Shown here: one piece after another, positions 39,014 through 48,131 of the stretch
Layout: the number at the start of each line of letters is the position of its first letter
Position numbering within the stretch: the stretch's first letter is position 1
NCBI GenBank assembly: GCA_946530935.1
Contig: CAMNAJ010000001.1
Coordinates: forward strand, 1-54,994
Direction of reading: 5' to 3'
Length of the DNA: 54,994 nucleotides
From: an uncultured Candidatus Saccharibacteria bacterium
GTDB lineage: Bacteria > Patescibacteriota > Saccharimonadia > Saccharimonadales > Saccharimonadaceae
The notes under the pieces: generated by a model
The model's database searches: none
Seen by the model: the letters and a program-made list of their open reading frames with translations, nothing else
What the model was told of the DNA's origin: nothing
Made by a program: the position numbers and the translations under genes

Positions 39014-40375
39014 TTATTCACGAGTTTTATCAAGTGACATGAAACGTAGCAACTCTGGGTGGAAGTAGAGATCAATTCTACCAATTGCACCATGACGGTG
39101 TTTGGCAATAATTAATTCGGTAACATGAGTGTCTTCGTGATCATCTTCGTTGGCCTTGTAATAATCCGGACGGTGTAAGAACATTACAAGGTCGGCATCC
39201 TGCTCAATTGAACCAGATTCACGAAGATCTGAAAGTAATGGCCTTGGATTATCACGCCCCGTCACGCTACGAGACAGCTGAGCCAAAGCGACTACAGGTA
39301 TTTCCAACTCACGTGCGAGTATTTTTAAGCCACGCGAAATTTCAGTAACTTCCTGCACACGGTTCCCTTTATAGCGATCAGAACCCTGAATAAGCTGTAA
39401 ATAATCTACAATAATTATGCCTATGTTATGGTCGTGCATGGCTCGGCGTGCTTTGTTTCTGAGTTCTGTAATTGTCATCGAGCTTGAATCGTCAATATAG
39501 ATTGGCAATTCAGAAAGTTCATCCATTGCGTCGCCAATTTTAGCGTATTCTTCGTCTGTAAAATTACCAGTGCGGATATTCCAGTTATTTACACCGGATA
39601 CGTCGGATATCATACGGTCAATAATCTCATTTGATGCCATTTCCATCGAAAAGAACAAGACGCCTTTGCCATTCATGCTAGCAATATTATAAGTTAAGTT
39701 TTGCGCAAAGGTAGTTTTACCCATAGCTGGACGAGCACCAATAATAATTAAATCGCCCTTCTGAAATCCGGCTGTCATTTTATCTAAATCACGAAAACCA
39801 GTCTTAAGGCCACGAAGTGAACCTTTGTTTTTGTGAAGTTCTTCAATACGGTCGAGTGCGTCAGCCAAAAGATCTTCCATTGGCTCATAATCGCTTCTGA
39901 TGACCTTGTCTGATACTTCAAATAATTCTTTTTCAGCTGTGCCAATTAAATCATCGACGCTCGCATTATCATTGAATGCTTTTTCCACGATCTCAGTACC
40001 AGCGCTAATTAGACGGCGTCTGGTGGACATTTTTTCGATAATGTTGGCATACGCTACAGCATTTGAGGCGGTCGGCACGTAGTTTGATAAATCGGTGAGA
40101 TATTGCGCTTTGCCAATTTCATTTAGCTTTTTCTGTGACCTGAGCTCTGAAGTAAGAGTAACCAAATCGATAGGGATATGACGATCATATAAATCGCTCA
40201 TTGCGGCAAAAATTATTTTATGACGGTTGTCATAAAAATCGCTTGGCTTAATAATCGTCAGTATTTCAGGCAAAACTTTATCCGAAATCATAATCGCACC
40301 GATTAATGACTTCTCGGCATCTATGTCTTGTGGCGGAACTCTTCCGCTTTCTTTAGAATGGGTTACCTCCGGCAT
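39014..40375 (-). CDS. dnaB: Replicative DNA helicase
   Basis: ARPAMGKT, FSMEM, VDYLQL, LSDLRESGSIEQDAD; no intein. Confidence 0.97.
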   Translation of the reverse strand: MPEVTHSKESGRVPPQDIDAEKSLIGAIMISDKVLPEILTIIKPSDFYDNRHKIIFAAMSDLYDRHIPIDLVTLTSELRSQKKLNEIGKAQYLTDLSNYVPTASNAVAYANIIEKMSTRRRLISAGTEIVEKAFNDNASVDDLIGTAEKELFEVSDKVIRSDYEPMEDLLADALDRIEELHKNKGSLRGLKTGFRDLDKMTAGFQKGDLIIIGARPAMGKTTFAQNLTYNIASMNGKGVLFFSMEMASNEIIDRMISDVSGVNNWNIRTGNFTDEEYAKIGDAMDELSELPIYIDDSSSMTITELRNKARRAMHDHNIGIIIVDYLQLIQGSDRYKGNRVQEVTEISRGLKILARELEIPVVALAQLSRSVTGRDNPRPLLSDLRESGSIEQDADLVMFLHRPDYYKANEDDHEDTHVTELIIAKHRHGAIGRIDLYFHPELLRFMSLDKTRE

Positions 40376-41738
40376 CGTTCTTTACCTCTCCTCCCATTAT
40401 AGCGGACATCTTAGATAATAGTAAGTCTTGACTTTTATTAGGATTATCGCCGACATCATGAATTACAACGCGAAATCCACCAGCCGCTTCATTTAATACC
40501 TTTAAATTATTGTCACGAGAAAGAATAGTTTTTTCCATCCTTTTTGTAGGATAAATATTTAGCACATTCCCTTTTACGTCATAAGAAATATTCTTGAGCT
40601 GCATTGATATTGCATCATTTAGGCTATGCACCGTTTCGTAAAATTTATCCCAATTAAAATCAGCTGGAGTAGAAACTGCGTTTTCTGTAACCTGTTCTGA
40701 AACGTTGGTTACGGTCACTTCTTTGGTTTCCGTAGAATCTTTAGTCTCTTTTTTGTCCTTAATCTTTAACGATTGTGTGCTAGTAATTTGCGTACGGTTC
40801 GAAACAGCCATTGTGGGTTGAGATAATGCTACTAATAGTTTTGCTTCAGCGAATGGCGCACGAATGTCTGGGAGCTTTGCCAGCAGTGGCAAAAGTTCTG
40901 GTTTAGGATCATCAATTATAATTGAAATAATTTCATCTACTAGTGTTTCTGGTTTTACGCCGCTTACTAATAATTGTTTTAATGATAAACTAGTTGCTTC
41001 TAAATCTTGTGATAAATAATTATTTAGTAGTTCGTTAATTTTTTCATCTTCAGGAAGCCCCATTGCTGAAACAACTAGTTCTTTTGTAATTTCGTCAGAA
41101 GAAAGTGTAGAAATTTGATCAAGCAGCGATAATGAATCGCGAAAGGAACCGCCTCCACGTTTTACGATTATTTGAAGAGCGTCATCTTTAATATTAATCT
41201 TTTCTTTTTCGGCAACTTTCTTAAGATAATCGAACATTACTTTTTTATCTGCTAGGCAAAAAGTATAAGTTTGGGCCCTAGAAGTAATTGTGACTGGTAC
41301 TTTGTATGCGTCGGTAGTGGCCATTATAAAAATGACATGCTTTGGTGGTTCTTCAAGAGTTTTAAGAAGCGCATTAAAAGCCTCTTTAGTTAGCATGTGA
41401 ACTTCATCGATAATATAGATTTTATATCTTCCAGAAGTTGGCGCAATGGCGGCTTTCTCACGTAATTCTCTTATATTATCAATACCACGGTTTGATGCGC
41501 CATCAATTTCTATAATATCTACGTAATCATCTTCAATCTCATACTTAAAACCATTCACTTCGTGTGCAAAAATACGCGCTACGGATGTTTTGCCAGTTCC
41601 GCGTGGCCCGATAAAAAGATAGGCATGAGAGATTTTATTTTGTTTCAAAGAATTCTCGAGTGCACGAGTAACCTGCTCTTGTCCGACTACCTCGGAAAGT
41701 TTCTTAGGTCTATACTTTCTATATAATGCTTTCGCCAT
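40353..41738 (-). CDS. dnaX: DNA polymerase III gamma/tau
   Basis: LYRKYRP, GPRGTGKT, IDEVHML, LLKTLEEPP. Confidence 0.96.
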   Translation of the reverse strand: MAKALYRKYRPKKLSEVVGQEQVTRALENSLKQNKISHAYLFIGPRGTGKTSVARIFAHEVNGFKYEIEDDYVDIIEIDGASNRGIDNIRELREKAAIAPTSGRYKIYIIDEVHMLTKEAFNALLKTLEEPPKHVIFIMATTDAYKVPVTITSRAQTYTFCLADKKVMFDYLKKVAEKEKINIKDDALQIIVKRGGGSFRDSLSLLDQISTLSSDEITKELVVSAMGLPEDEKINELLNNYLSQDLEATSLSLKQLLVSGVKPETLVDEIISIIIDDPKPELLPLLAKLPDIRAPFAEAKLLVALSQPTMAVSNRTQITSTQSLKIKDKKETKDSTETKEVTVTNVSEQVTENAVSTPADFNWDKFYETVHSLNDAISMQLKNISYDVKGNVLNIYPTKRMEKTILSRDNNLKVLNEAAGGFRVVIHDVGDNPNKSQDLLLSKMSAIMGGEVKNDAGGNPF

Positions 41739-41746
41739 GCATCAAC

Positions 41747-42265
41747 CTAGAGCGCAGCCTCAACTGCCGCCCAGGTTGCTTCGTTATTGTCTGCAGGGAT
41801 TGTCACCGATACTTGTGATCCATCACGTAGATGGAAATAAGTTACTGAAGCATAAAGAATCTGATATTCTTTTCCTGCTACTTCGACATAGTATTTATCA
41901 TCATGATGAGTGAGTGTACCAATCACGGTCTTACGTTCGACTGGTCCAATCTGCTTGTATAAGAATTTGCCGTCTTCAGTAATAGTAAGCTTCATAATAT
42001 CGCCTTCTACAAGCTTTGATTTTGAAGCATAGTTGGCTGGTACTGGATAGTTCTTGCCATCCGGGCCAATCATTATTTGACCATCAAAGATACCTTCAAT
42101 AATCTTTCCTTCAGGTCCGGAAACAACCGTATCCCTTGGCGCAGAGATGGTCTCTCCATCGCCCAAAATCGAAACCAACAGCTCTTTAGCAGCCGATAAA
42201 TTAGTTTCAGCCTCAGAAATGAGACTACGTAATCTTTTTATTTGTTTTTCTGGTATTTCAGACAT
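41747..42265 (-). CDS. Hypothetical protein
   Basis: N-terminal coiled coil then IEG.FDG...YPVPANYASKSKLVEGD; upstream of dnaX. Confidence 0.8.
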   Translation of the reverse strand: MSEIPEKQIKRLRSLISEAETNLSAAKELLVSILGDGETISAPRDTVVSGPEGKIIEGIFDGQIMIGPDGKNYPVPANYASKSKLVEGDIMKLTITEDGKFLYKQIGPVERKTVIGTLTHHDDKYYVEVAGKEYQILYASVTYFHLRDGSQVSVTIPADNNEATWAAVEAAL

Positions 42266-42408
42266 CACCTCGCATCCTGTCTAAATATAGTATTAATATT
42301 ATATTATATCAGCGGGGTCATAAAGTCAAGTTTTTTTGCAGAAAGTTTTCCACTGAAAAAACATCGGTCGAGCGAAAAATGTTGTAATTTTTACAATAAA
42401 ACATTAGC

Positions 42409-43458
42409 TTATTCAGACTTCCAAAGACCAGTATGTTTCTTGCCGTCAAGAAGCATGGTTGGTATGCCTTTAATCTTTAGTTCTTTTTCAATGATTTCGC
42501 GGTTTTTATTCATGATGCTAGTAATCTCTTCAGATTCAGATAGTTCTTTAATCTTGATTATTTCATTATCATTTGCACCGGCTGCCTTTAGCCATAAATC
42601 CATGCGCGAAACGATATCTTCTTTATCGAAATCATCATTAATAAGTTTTTGATAAGAAATCCCATCATGGTTTTTACCAGTAAAAATGCTATCTATTATT
42701 TTTAGGGCATAGGTAGAACTAATCTTATTTGCCGCGAAAGCATACCTCACGACTATTTCGGAGTTCTTAAATTTATATGTATTATCGGCGTCTTGGATCG
42801 CAAAAGGCACCAATCTTACTGAATAATTTTCAAAGAAATTAGCAGCCATTTGATTACGATAAGAAGATAAACAAACCGAGCAACCAGGATCAAAAATGTC
42901 TACTGCCTTTGCTTTTTCGTTATCCTCTTTTCCGATTATAATGTATTCAAAACCATAATCTTCAATACTATAGGTTTTAAACTTATCTGGTATCGCCTCA
43001 AAGATTTCACCCCATTCCGTAAACCAGCGGCCAGTTGCCTCAAATATGTTCTTTGGTTCATCTTCATCAATTGAGCATATTTCAGCACCAAGCGAACAAG
43101 CTGATGGCTTAGTGACGTTACAGCTACCGAGTGCCCAAAGTGCAAGCATGGATTTTATTGCAGTGAGCAACGCCCATACGGTTACTGCTACGATTAATAC
43201 GGACAAGATTTCGATTAAAATCGAAAGTGGTTTAACGAGTTTTGGATGTTTTATTATAACGCGGCTAAGTAGGGTGTTTTTTACATCTTCTTTAAACCCA
43301 GTCTCGCATTTTTGAAGTCGTACTTTTTTCCAAAGACAGCCCCAAGCCTTTTTAAACATTTTCCAATATGCTTTTCCAATCTTTGGTTTAAAAATTGAAA
43401 TAATGGCAACAAAAACACCAATGATGGCCAAAATAATAAATGCAGCTATACACACCAT
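42409..43458 (-). CDS. Cys-rich membrane protein with thioredoxin/DsbA-like domain
   Basis: Two TMs, DPGCSVC (CxxC), C-terminal I.GIPT cis-Pro loop. Confidence 0.75.
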   Translation of the reverse strand: MVCIAAFIILAIIGVFVAIISIFKPKIGKAYWKMFKKAWGCLWKKVRLQKCETGFKEDVKNTLLSRVIIKHPKLVKPLSILIEILSVLIVAVTVWALLTAIKSMLALWALGSCNVTKPSACSLGAEICSIDEDEPKNIFEATGRWFTEWGEIFEAIPDKFKTYSIEDYGFEYIIIGKEDNEKAKAVDIFDPGCSVCLSSYRNQMAANFFENYSVRLVPFAIQDADNTYKFKNSEIVVRYAFAANKISSTYALKIIDSIFTGKNHDGISYQKLINDDFDKEDIVSRMDLWLKAAGANDNEIIKIKELSESEEITSIMNKNREIIEKELKIKGIPTMLLDGKKHTGLWKSE

Positions 43459-43485
43459 AATATATAATATTGTATCACAAAGGGA

Positions 43486-44649
43486 TTAATTTATAACTTT
43501 AGAAAGAACTTTCTTAATCTTATCGATATCTTCCGGTCGGTTATGAAGACCAAGTGAAAAACGAATTAGTGGCGGATATCCCATTACATGATCAAGATAA
43601 TAGTGCACACAAAAATAACCGGTACGAGCCATAATGTTTTCACGAGAAAGAGCTTCGCCAACTAAATGCGAGTCAATCCCTTCAATATAAAATGCCATGG
43701 TTGGATTCGGTTCCTTATTAATTAAGTGTACTTTTTTTGACTCATTTAGAAAATCAAATAGTTCCTTGGTGTTGTTTTCGAGATTCTGCCAGTCTTTCTT
43801 TGGCAACTTTTCTAGCCAATCGAGTGCAGCGCCAAGGCCTACAATTTCGCCCCATGCCTGCAGGCCAGACTCAAAGCGCGTATAGCGATGCTCTTTATTA
43901 TCAGCGGATAACGTGTATTGGCTAAGTTCAACATCATCAACCATGCCACCGCCAATGAAATAGGTATTTAAGTATTTTTCAAGATCATCATTCCAGACAA
44001 TTACACCAAGCGAAGGAGCATAGAGCTTGTGTGCCGAGAAACATATCGCATCTACATCCTGCCCACGTAATATATCGGCAGAATGTGCCATCGCTTGTGC
44101 GGCATCGATAATTAATATGCCACCAGCTTTATGAACGGCTTTATTTAGTTCGGCAATATTTAACAGTTTACGACCGTCAAAGTTTGATGCACAGTTAACA
44201 ACCACAATCGCTTCAGTAAAATCGTAGTCTTCGATTGGGATGGAACCGTCATCATTTCTTTTCATTACTTCTCGTGGAAGGCCAGTCCGTTCAGAAAAGG
44301 CTAATGAAGCGAGAAATGGCGAATTATGTTCAATCTCGCTTGTCATAATTTTCTTAAACATTTCCGGCTTTAATTGATTTAGAAGCAGATTAATACCATA
44401 AGTTGTATTAAGCGTAAAAGAAACAGTATAATTCTTTGGCTTTAGTTTTAAAAATTTAAGTACTTTTTCGCGCGTTTCTTCGACCTTTTCATCAGTAATT
44501 CTTCCCCACTTATATTTAACGCGTTCACCACAAGAGTTATGCTCAACATAGTATTTACTAATAGCGTCAATCACCGGACGCGGACGTAAACTTTGGCATG
44601 CGCCATCGAGGTATACCTCTCCCTCACCTAAATAGTCAAAATCTTCCAT
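43486..44649 (-). CDS. SufS-like cysteine desulfurase (class V aminotransferase)
   Basis: YLDGAC, EHNS, IDAAQ, FSAHK, RFESG, RTGYFC. Confidence 0.85.
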   Translation of the reverse strand: MEDFDYLGEGEVYLDGACQSLRPRPVIDAISKYYVEHNSCGERVKYKWGRITDEKVEETREKVLKFLKLKPKNYTVSFTLNTTYGINLLLNQLKPEMFKKIMTSEIEHNSPFLASLAFSERTGLPREVMKRNDDGSIPIEDYDFTEAIVVVNCASNFDGRKLLNIAELNKAVHKAGGILIIDAAQAMAHSADILRGQDVDAICFSAHKLYAPSLGVIVWNDDLEKYLNTYFIGGGMVDDVELSQYTLSADNKEHRYTRFESGLQAWGEIVGLGAALDWLEKLPKKDWQNLENNTKELFDFLNESKKVHLINKEPNPTMAFYIEGIDSHLVGEALSRENIMARTGYFCVHYYLDHVMGYPPLIRFSLGLHNRPEDIDKIKKVLSKVIN

Positions 44650-44682
44650 AACAGTTATTATATCATAGGTAAATACGTACAT

Positions 44683-44764
44683 AAAAAATAGGATAGAACA
44701 GTTCGAGGGAGTAAGACTTGGCCTAACGGCCCGGAGTGCTCCCGAGAACTATCTATCCTATTTT
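44683..44764 (-). terminator. Unusually long (80-nt) hairpin ending in U-tract downstream of rplL; terminator and/or structured RNA
   Basis: Nested arms AAAATAGGATAGA/TCTATCCTATTTT, AGTTC/GAACT, GGGAG/CTCCC, GGCC-TAAC-GGCC. Confidence 0.65.
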
Positions 44765-44796
44765 ATTAAAGTGTACAATTAGCTAGCATAGAAGAT

Positions 44797-45168
44797 TTAG
44801 GCGAGCTCGACAGTTGCACCAGCCTCTTCAAGGGCTTTTTTCATTGCTTCGGCATCAGCCTTAGCGACTTTTTCCTTAACGGTAGCAGGAGCACCATCAA
44901 CGATAGCCTTAGCTTCGCCAAGACCAAGTCCGGTTGCTTCCTTAACAGCCTTAATGACTGCAATCTTCTGAGCACCAGCGTCCTTAAGAACGACGTCGTA
45001 TTCAGATTTGCCTTCATCGGCAGCAGCAGCATCGCCACCAGCAACAGCTACAACGGCTGCAGCAGGCTCAATGCCATATTCGTCTTTAAGTAAAGTTTTA
45101 AGTTCGTTAACTTCGAGAACAGTCATGTTGACGAGTTCTTCAGCCAACTTCTTGATATCAGTTGCCAT
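44797..45168 (-). CDS. rplL: 50S ribosomal protein bL12
   Basis: [29 protein letters not shown]; start at MATDIKK with GAAAGGA SD. Confidence 0.97.
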   Translation of the reverse strand: MATDIKKLAEELVNMTVLEVNELKTLLKDEYGIEPAAAVVAVAGGDAAAADEGKSEYDVVLKDAGAQKIAVIKAVKEATGLGLGEAKAIVDGAPATVKEKVAKADAEAMKKALEEAGATVELA

Positions 45169-45204
45169 ATTTATCCTTTCAATAGTGGGTAAACCCAATA
45201 ATTA

Positions 45205-45705
45205 TTAAGCGGTTGCTTTCTCTGCGTGCTCCTGAAGTCCAGAAACGACACCATTGATGCCAGAAAGAAGTGTATCCACAACTTGGGCAATAAGTTCGTT
45301 CTTGGTTGGGAGTGAGCCGAGCGTTTTGACCTCTTCTGTTGAGAGATTAGCTCCCTCAGCATTAAAACCACCAACGAGTTCCATTTTAGCGTGAGTCTTA
45401 GCAAATTTAGCAAGGACTTTTGCTGCATCGAAATCTTCGTCGGTGCCCACAGCGTAAAGAAGCTGGCCAGTAAGGGCGGAAACATCCGTGTCTTTATAAG
45501 CTGCAATTTCTTTCATTGCAACCTTTACGAGACGGTTTTTCACGACCTTGATCTTAACGCCAGATTCACGAGCGAGTTTGCGGAGTTCTTGAAGTTCAGC
45601 GACGGTAAGGCCTTCATATTTAGCATAGACTACCATCTTTGAATCATTAAGAAGCTCTGTGAGATCAGCAACCAATGTGTTCTTTTTATCTCTTGAAATT
45701 GCCAT
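45205..45705 (-). CDS. rplJ: 50S ribosomal protein uL10
   Basis: Y.GLTV.EL..LR, VVKNRL, LPTK.EL. Confidence 0.96.
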   Translation of the reverse strand: MAISRDKKNTLVADLTELLNDSKMVVYAKYEGLTVAELQELRKLARESGVKIKVVKNRLVKVAMKEIAAYKDTDVSALTGQLLYAVGTDEDFDAAKVLAKFAKTHAKMELVGGFNAEGANLSTEEVKTLGSLPTKNELIAQVVDTLLSGINGVVSGLQEHAEKATA

Positions 45706-45756
45706 AAAAAGTTCCTTTGGTTATTTAATATAAAAGCTAGCTAATTGTTAAATAGC

Positions 45757-45828
45757 GTCACCAAATAAATTGAAGAATTGTCCTCGGTGGCATGATTAAG
45801 TGAAAACACCGCCACTGTCTTTGGTAAC
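45757..45828 (-). promoter_or_regulatory. L10 leader (ribosomal protein autoregulatory RNA)
   Basis: GUUACCAAAGACAGUGGC..UUAAU..GCCACCGAGG..UUUGGUGAC resembles the L10_leader core; TGATATAAT at 45844-45836. Confidence 0.8.
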
Positions 45829-45858
45829 TTCAAACATTATATCACAGAGAATATATTT

Positions 45859-46422
45859 TTACAAGTCTCTAGTCGATCCAGATTGCATAACACAACCAAC
45901 AATCGTAAGGATGGCGAGGATTGGGAAGTAGAAAATAGTCGGATTAATGCTAGGAACCCACGTGAGAAGCGCTACAGTCAAACAATATGCGCCAGCTAGT
46001 GAAGTAGCAATAATAATGGCTGGTTTCATCATATTTACGGCGATGCCTCCAAGCACCAAACCGATAATCGCACCTACGGCCAGTGTTGGCACATCAGTGC
46101 CGAAGTATTTCATCGTAATTACCATTGTAAGACCAAAAACAATACCTGCCACGCAAAGTTTCTCGATTGAAAGGCCAAGAAATGCTAGCAGAATACCGCC
46201 TGCAATAGGCATTAGAATCTGCCAAAGTTGACTTCCAGCGATTTGTGGTACCCAAGAATTAAGGGTTGGCATAAAGTTTTGCATTAAAGAATAGCCAATC
46301 AAGAACCAAATTATGAAGAACGCTACTTGCTTAACTCGATAACCAAAAAATAGCAAGACGGCACCTAGTATTGCCATTACAATTAATTCTGGTATTTGTA
46401 AGTGTATAAGATTGAAATTCAT
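45859..46422 (-). CDS. DUF4203-like polytopic membrane protein
   Basis: G..LLFFGYR, Gly-rich TMs, TS..GA, G...Q. Confidence 0.75.
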   Translation of the reverse strand: MNFNLIHLQIPELIVMAILGAVLLFFGYRVKQVAFFIIWFLIGYSLMQNFMPTLNSWVPQIAGSQLWQILMPIAGGILLAFLGLSIEKLCVAGIVFGLTMVITMKYFGTDVPTLAVGAIIGLVLGGIAVNMMKPAIIIATSLAGAYCLTVALLTWVPSINPTIFYFPILAILTIVGCVMQSGSTRDL

Positions 46423-46447
46423 AATACCTAAATTATAGCATAAACAT

Positions 46448-46477
46448 AAAAAATAGCCCCGGATTCGGGGCTATTTT
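46448..46477 (-). terminator. Intrinsic terminator after rplA
   Basis: AAAATAGCCCCG-GATT-CGGGGCTATTTT. Confidence 0.88.
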
Positions 46478-46485
46478 AATTTCAA

Positions 46486-47400
46486 TTAGTTGTAGAGATT
46501 TTCAACAGCAATTGATGGACCCATGGTGGTAGTCACGAAGACAGATTTTACATAGGTGCCTTTAAGTGAAGCAGGCTTCTGTGATTTCAAACTATCAAAG
46601 AAAGCGTTTGCATTCTCAAGAAGCTTATCGGTACCAAATGAGACTTTGCCAAGACCAATGTGAACGATAGATTGCTTATCAACACGATATTCAACCTTAC
46701 CAGCCTTTGAATCTTTTACGGCCTTTTCAACATCCATAGTAACAGTGCCGGCCTTTGGATTTGGCATTAAACCTTTAGGGCCAAGTAATCTTGCGAACTT
46801 ACCAAGTTTCGGCATGTATTGTGGGGTTGAAATAAGTACATCAAAGTTTATTTCGCCCTTTTCGAGTTGCTTCAAGAATTCTTCATCCTCGGCAATATCG
46901 GCACCAGCAGCTTTAGCGGCTTTGCAGACATCAAGTGGAGCAAAAACAGCTACACGAACAGTTTTACCATTACCATTTGGAAGTACTAAAGTAGTACGAA
47001 TGTTTTGGTCGGCCTGGCGTGGATCTACACCAAGACGAACGTGAGCTTCAACAGAAGCATCGAATTTGACTGGGCTAGTCTTAACTGCTAGATCGATAGC
47101 ATCTTTAAGACTATAAGTCTTGGTCTTATCGACTAGTTTATAAGATTCTTGGTACTTTTTACCACGGCGTTCTAGGCGTGAACGAGTGATTGGCTTAGCG
47201 CCCTTTGGCTTCTCTTCAGCTTCCTTAGCAGCGCGTTCAACCTTACGAGCTTGGCGCTCTTCTTCGGCTTTAACTTCCTCAATATGTTTTTTAGATTTTT
47301 TACCAGATTTTGCAAATTTCTCTGGTTCAGCAGTTTCTTCTGCAGCAACTTCTACTGGAGCTTCTACTGCATCAAGCTTTTTGGCCTCTTCTTCAGCCAT
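46486..47400 (-). CDS. rplA: 50S ribosomal protein uL1 with long N-terminal extension
   Basis: KFDASVE, LGVDPR, LGPKGLMPNPK.GTV, TTTMGP. Confidence 0.97.
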   Translation of the reverse strand: MAEEEAKKLDAVEAPVEVAAEETAEPEKFAKSGKKSKKHIEEVKAEEERQARKVERAAKEAEEKPKGAKPITRSRLERRGKKYQESYKLVDKTKTYSLKDAIDLAVKTSPVKFDASVEAHVRLGVDPRQADQNIRTTLVLPNGNGKTVRVAVFAPLDVCKAAKAAGADIAEDEEFLKQLEKGEINFDVLISTPQYMPKLGKFARLLGPKGLMPNPKAGTVTMDVEKAVKDSKAGKVEYRVDKQSIVHIGLGKVSFGTDKLLENANAFFDSLKSQKPASLKGTYVKSVFVTTTMGPSIAVENLYN

Positions 47401-47412
47401 GATTTCCTTTCT

Positions 47413-47441
47413 GTGGTACTAGCGGGGTTTCCCCCTCCCAT
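47413..47441 (-). promoter_or_regulatory. L1-binding leader (autoregulatory site) of rplA
   Basis: UGGGAG-GGGG-AAA-CCCC-GCUAGUACCAC immediately before the SD. Confidence 0.7.
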
Positions 47442-47493
47442 CAAATTAAATATTAATTCTTAAATTATAACAAAAATACGATAAAAAAGCAAG

Positions 47494-47517
47494 AAAAAAG
47501 GGGGCCGGTTGGCCCCC
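47494..47517 (-). terminator. Intrinsic terminator of inserted orphan gene
   Basis: GGGGGCC-AACC-GGCCCCC-TTTTTT on minus strand. Confidence 0.85.
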
Positions 47518-47538
47518 ATGGGGGTGGGGTTATGATTG

Positions 47539-48012
47539 TTAATTGTTGTTGTTGATGTGGTTGGGACGCTTTGAGGGCTTGTATGAGCAAGAATACCTTG
47601 CCTCCGTATCGACACCAAACACAGACGGTTTGACATTGATATGAGCAAGCTCATAGACCAGCTCCATCACTCTGTTATTTATCGTGCGATAGGCGTGGTT
47701 GCATTCCAACTGGTATTTGAGATGATACACTAAGTAACTAAGTTCCGGTGTACCCATTTCTTCGAGCATGTCTAACGCTGTAGGCTCGTCGATGATGCGA
47801 AAGAACGGCAGATCCGGGTATTCATCCAGAATGTAGAGCGGGATTTTACGCAAAGTCATTTTCTTATATTTGTTCTTTTGCATGATTTCCCGTTTCCAAG
47901 CAATCAGGAAGAAATAACGGTAAGGATTCGTCCGATACGTTTCTGCATGGATACGCCATAGTTGCATTGCTTCTTCAATCAACACATCACGTTCTTGATT
48001 TAAAGGTTCCAT
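47539..48012 (-). CDS. Hypothetical protein inserted between rplK and rplA
   Basis: 157-aa ORF with own promoter, AGGAGG and terminator. Confidence 0.75.
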   Translation of the reverse strand: MEPLNQERDVLIEEAMQLWRIHAETYRTNPYRYFFLIAWKREIMQKNKYKKMTLRKIPLYILDEYPDLPFFRIIDEPTALDMLEEMGTPELSYLVYHLKYQLECNHAYRTINNRVMELVYELAHINVKPSVFGVDTEARYSCSYKPSKRPNHINNNN

Positions 48013-48084
48013 TTTAGCCTCCTAAACTAAAATCGCTTGGTCTAACCCCATTATTATTATAGCACACTTCTCTCAAAAAGTCAA
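48013..48084 (-). promoter_or_regulatory. sigma70 promoter and SD of orphan gene
   Basis: TTGACT-17 nt-TATAAT (48084-48056); AGGAGG 48023-48018. Confidence 0.75.
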
Positions 48085-48098
48085 TATTTACAGAGAAC

Positions 48099-48128
48099 AA
48101 AAAACAGACCCCAATTATGAGGTCTGTT
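48099..48128 (-). terminator. Intrinsic terminator after rplK
   Basis: AACAGACC-loop-GGTCTGTTTTTT on minus strand. Confidence 0.75.
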
Positions 48129-48131
48129 CTT

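Noticed and set aside
44683-44764. SRP RNA, tRNA or 6S RNA
   Set aside because: Lacks the SRP CAGG/GGAA/AGCA motif and a cloverleaf with T-loop; too short for 6S
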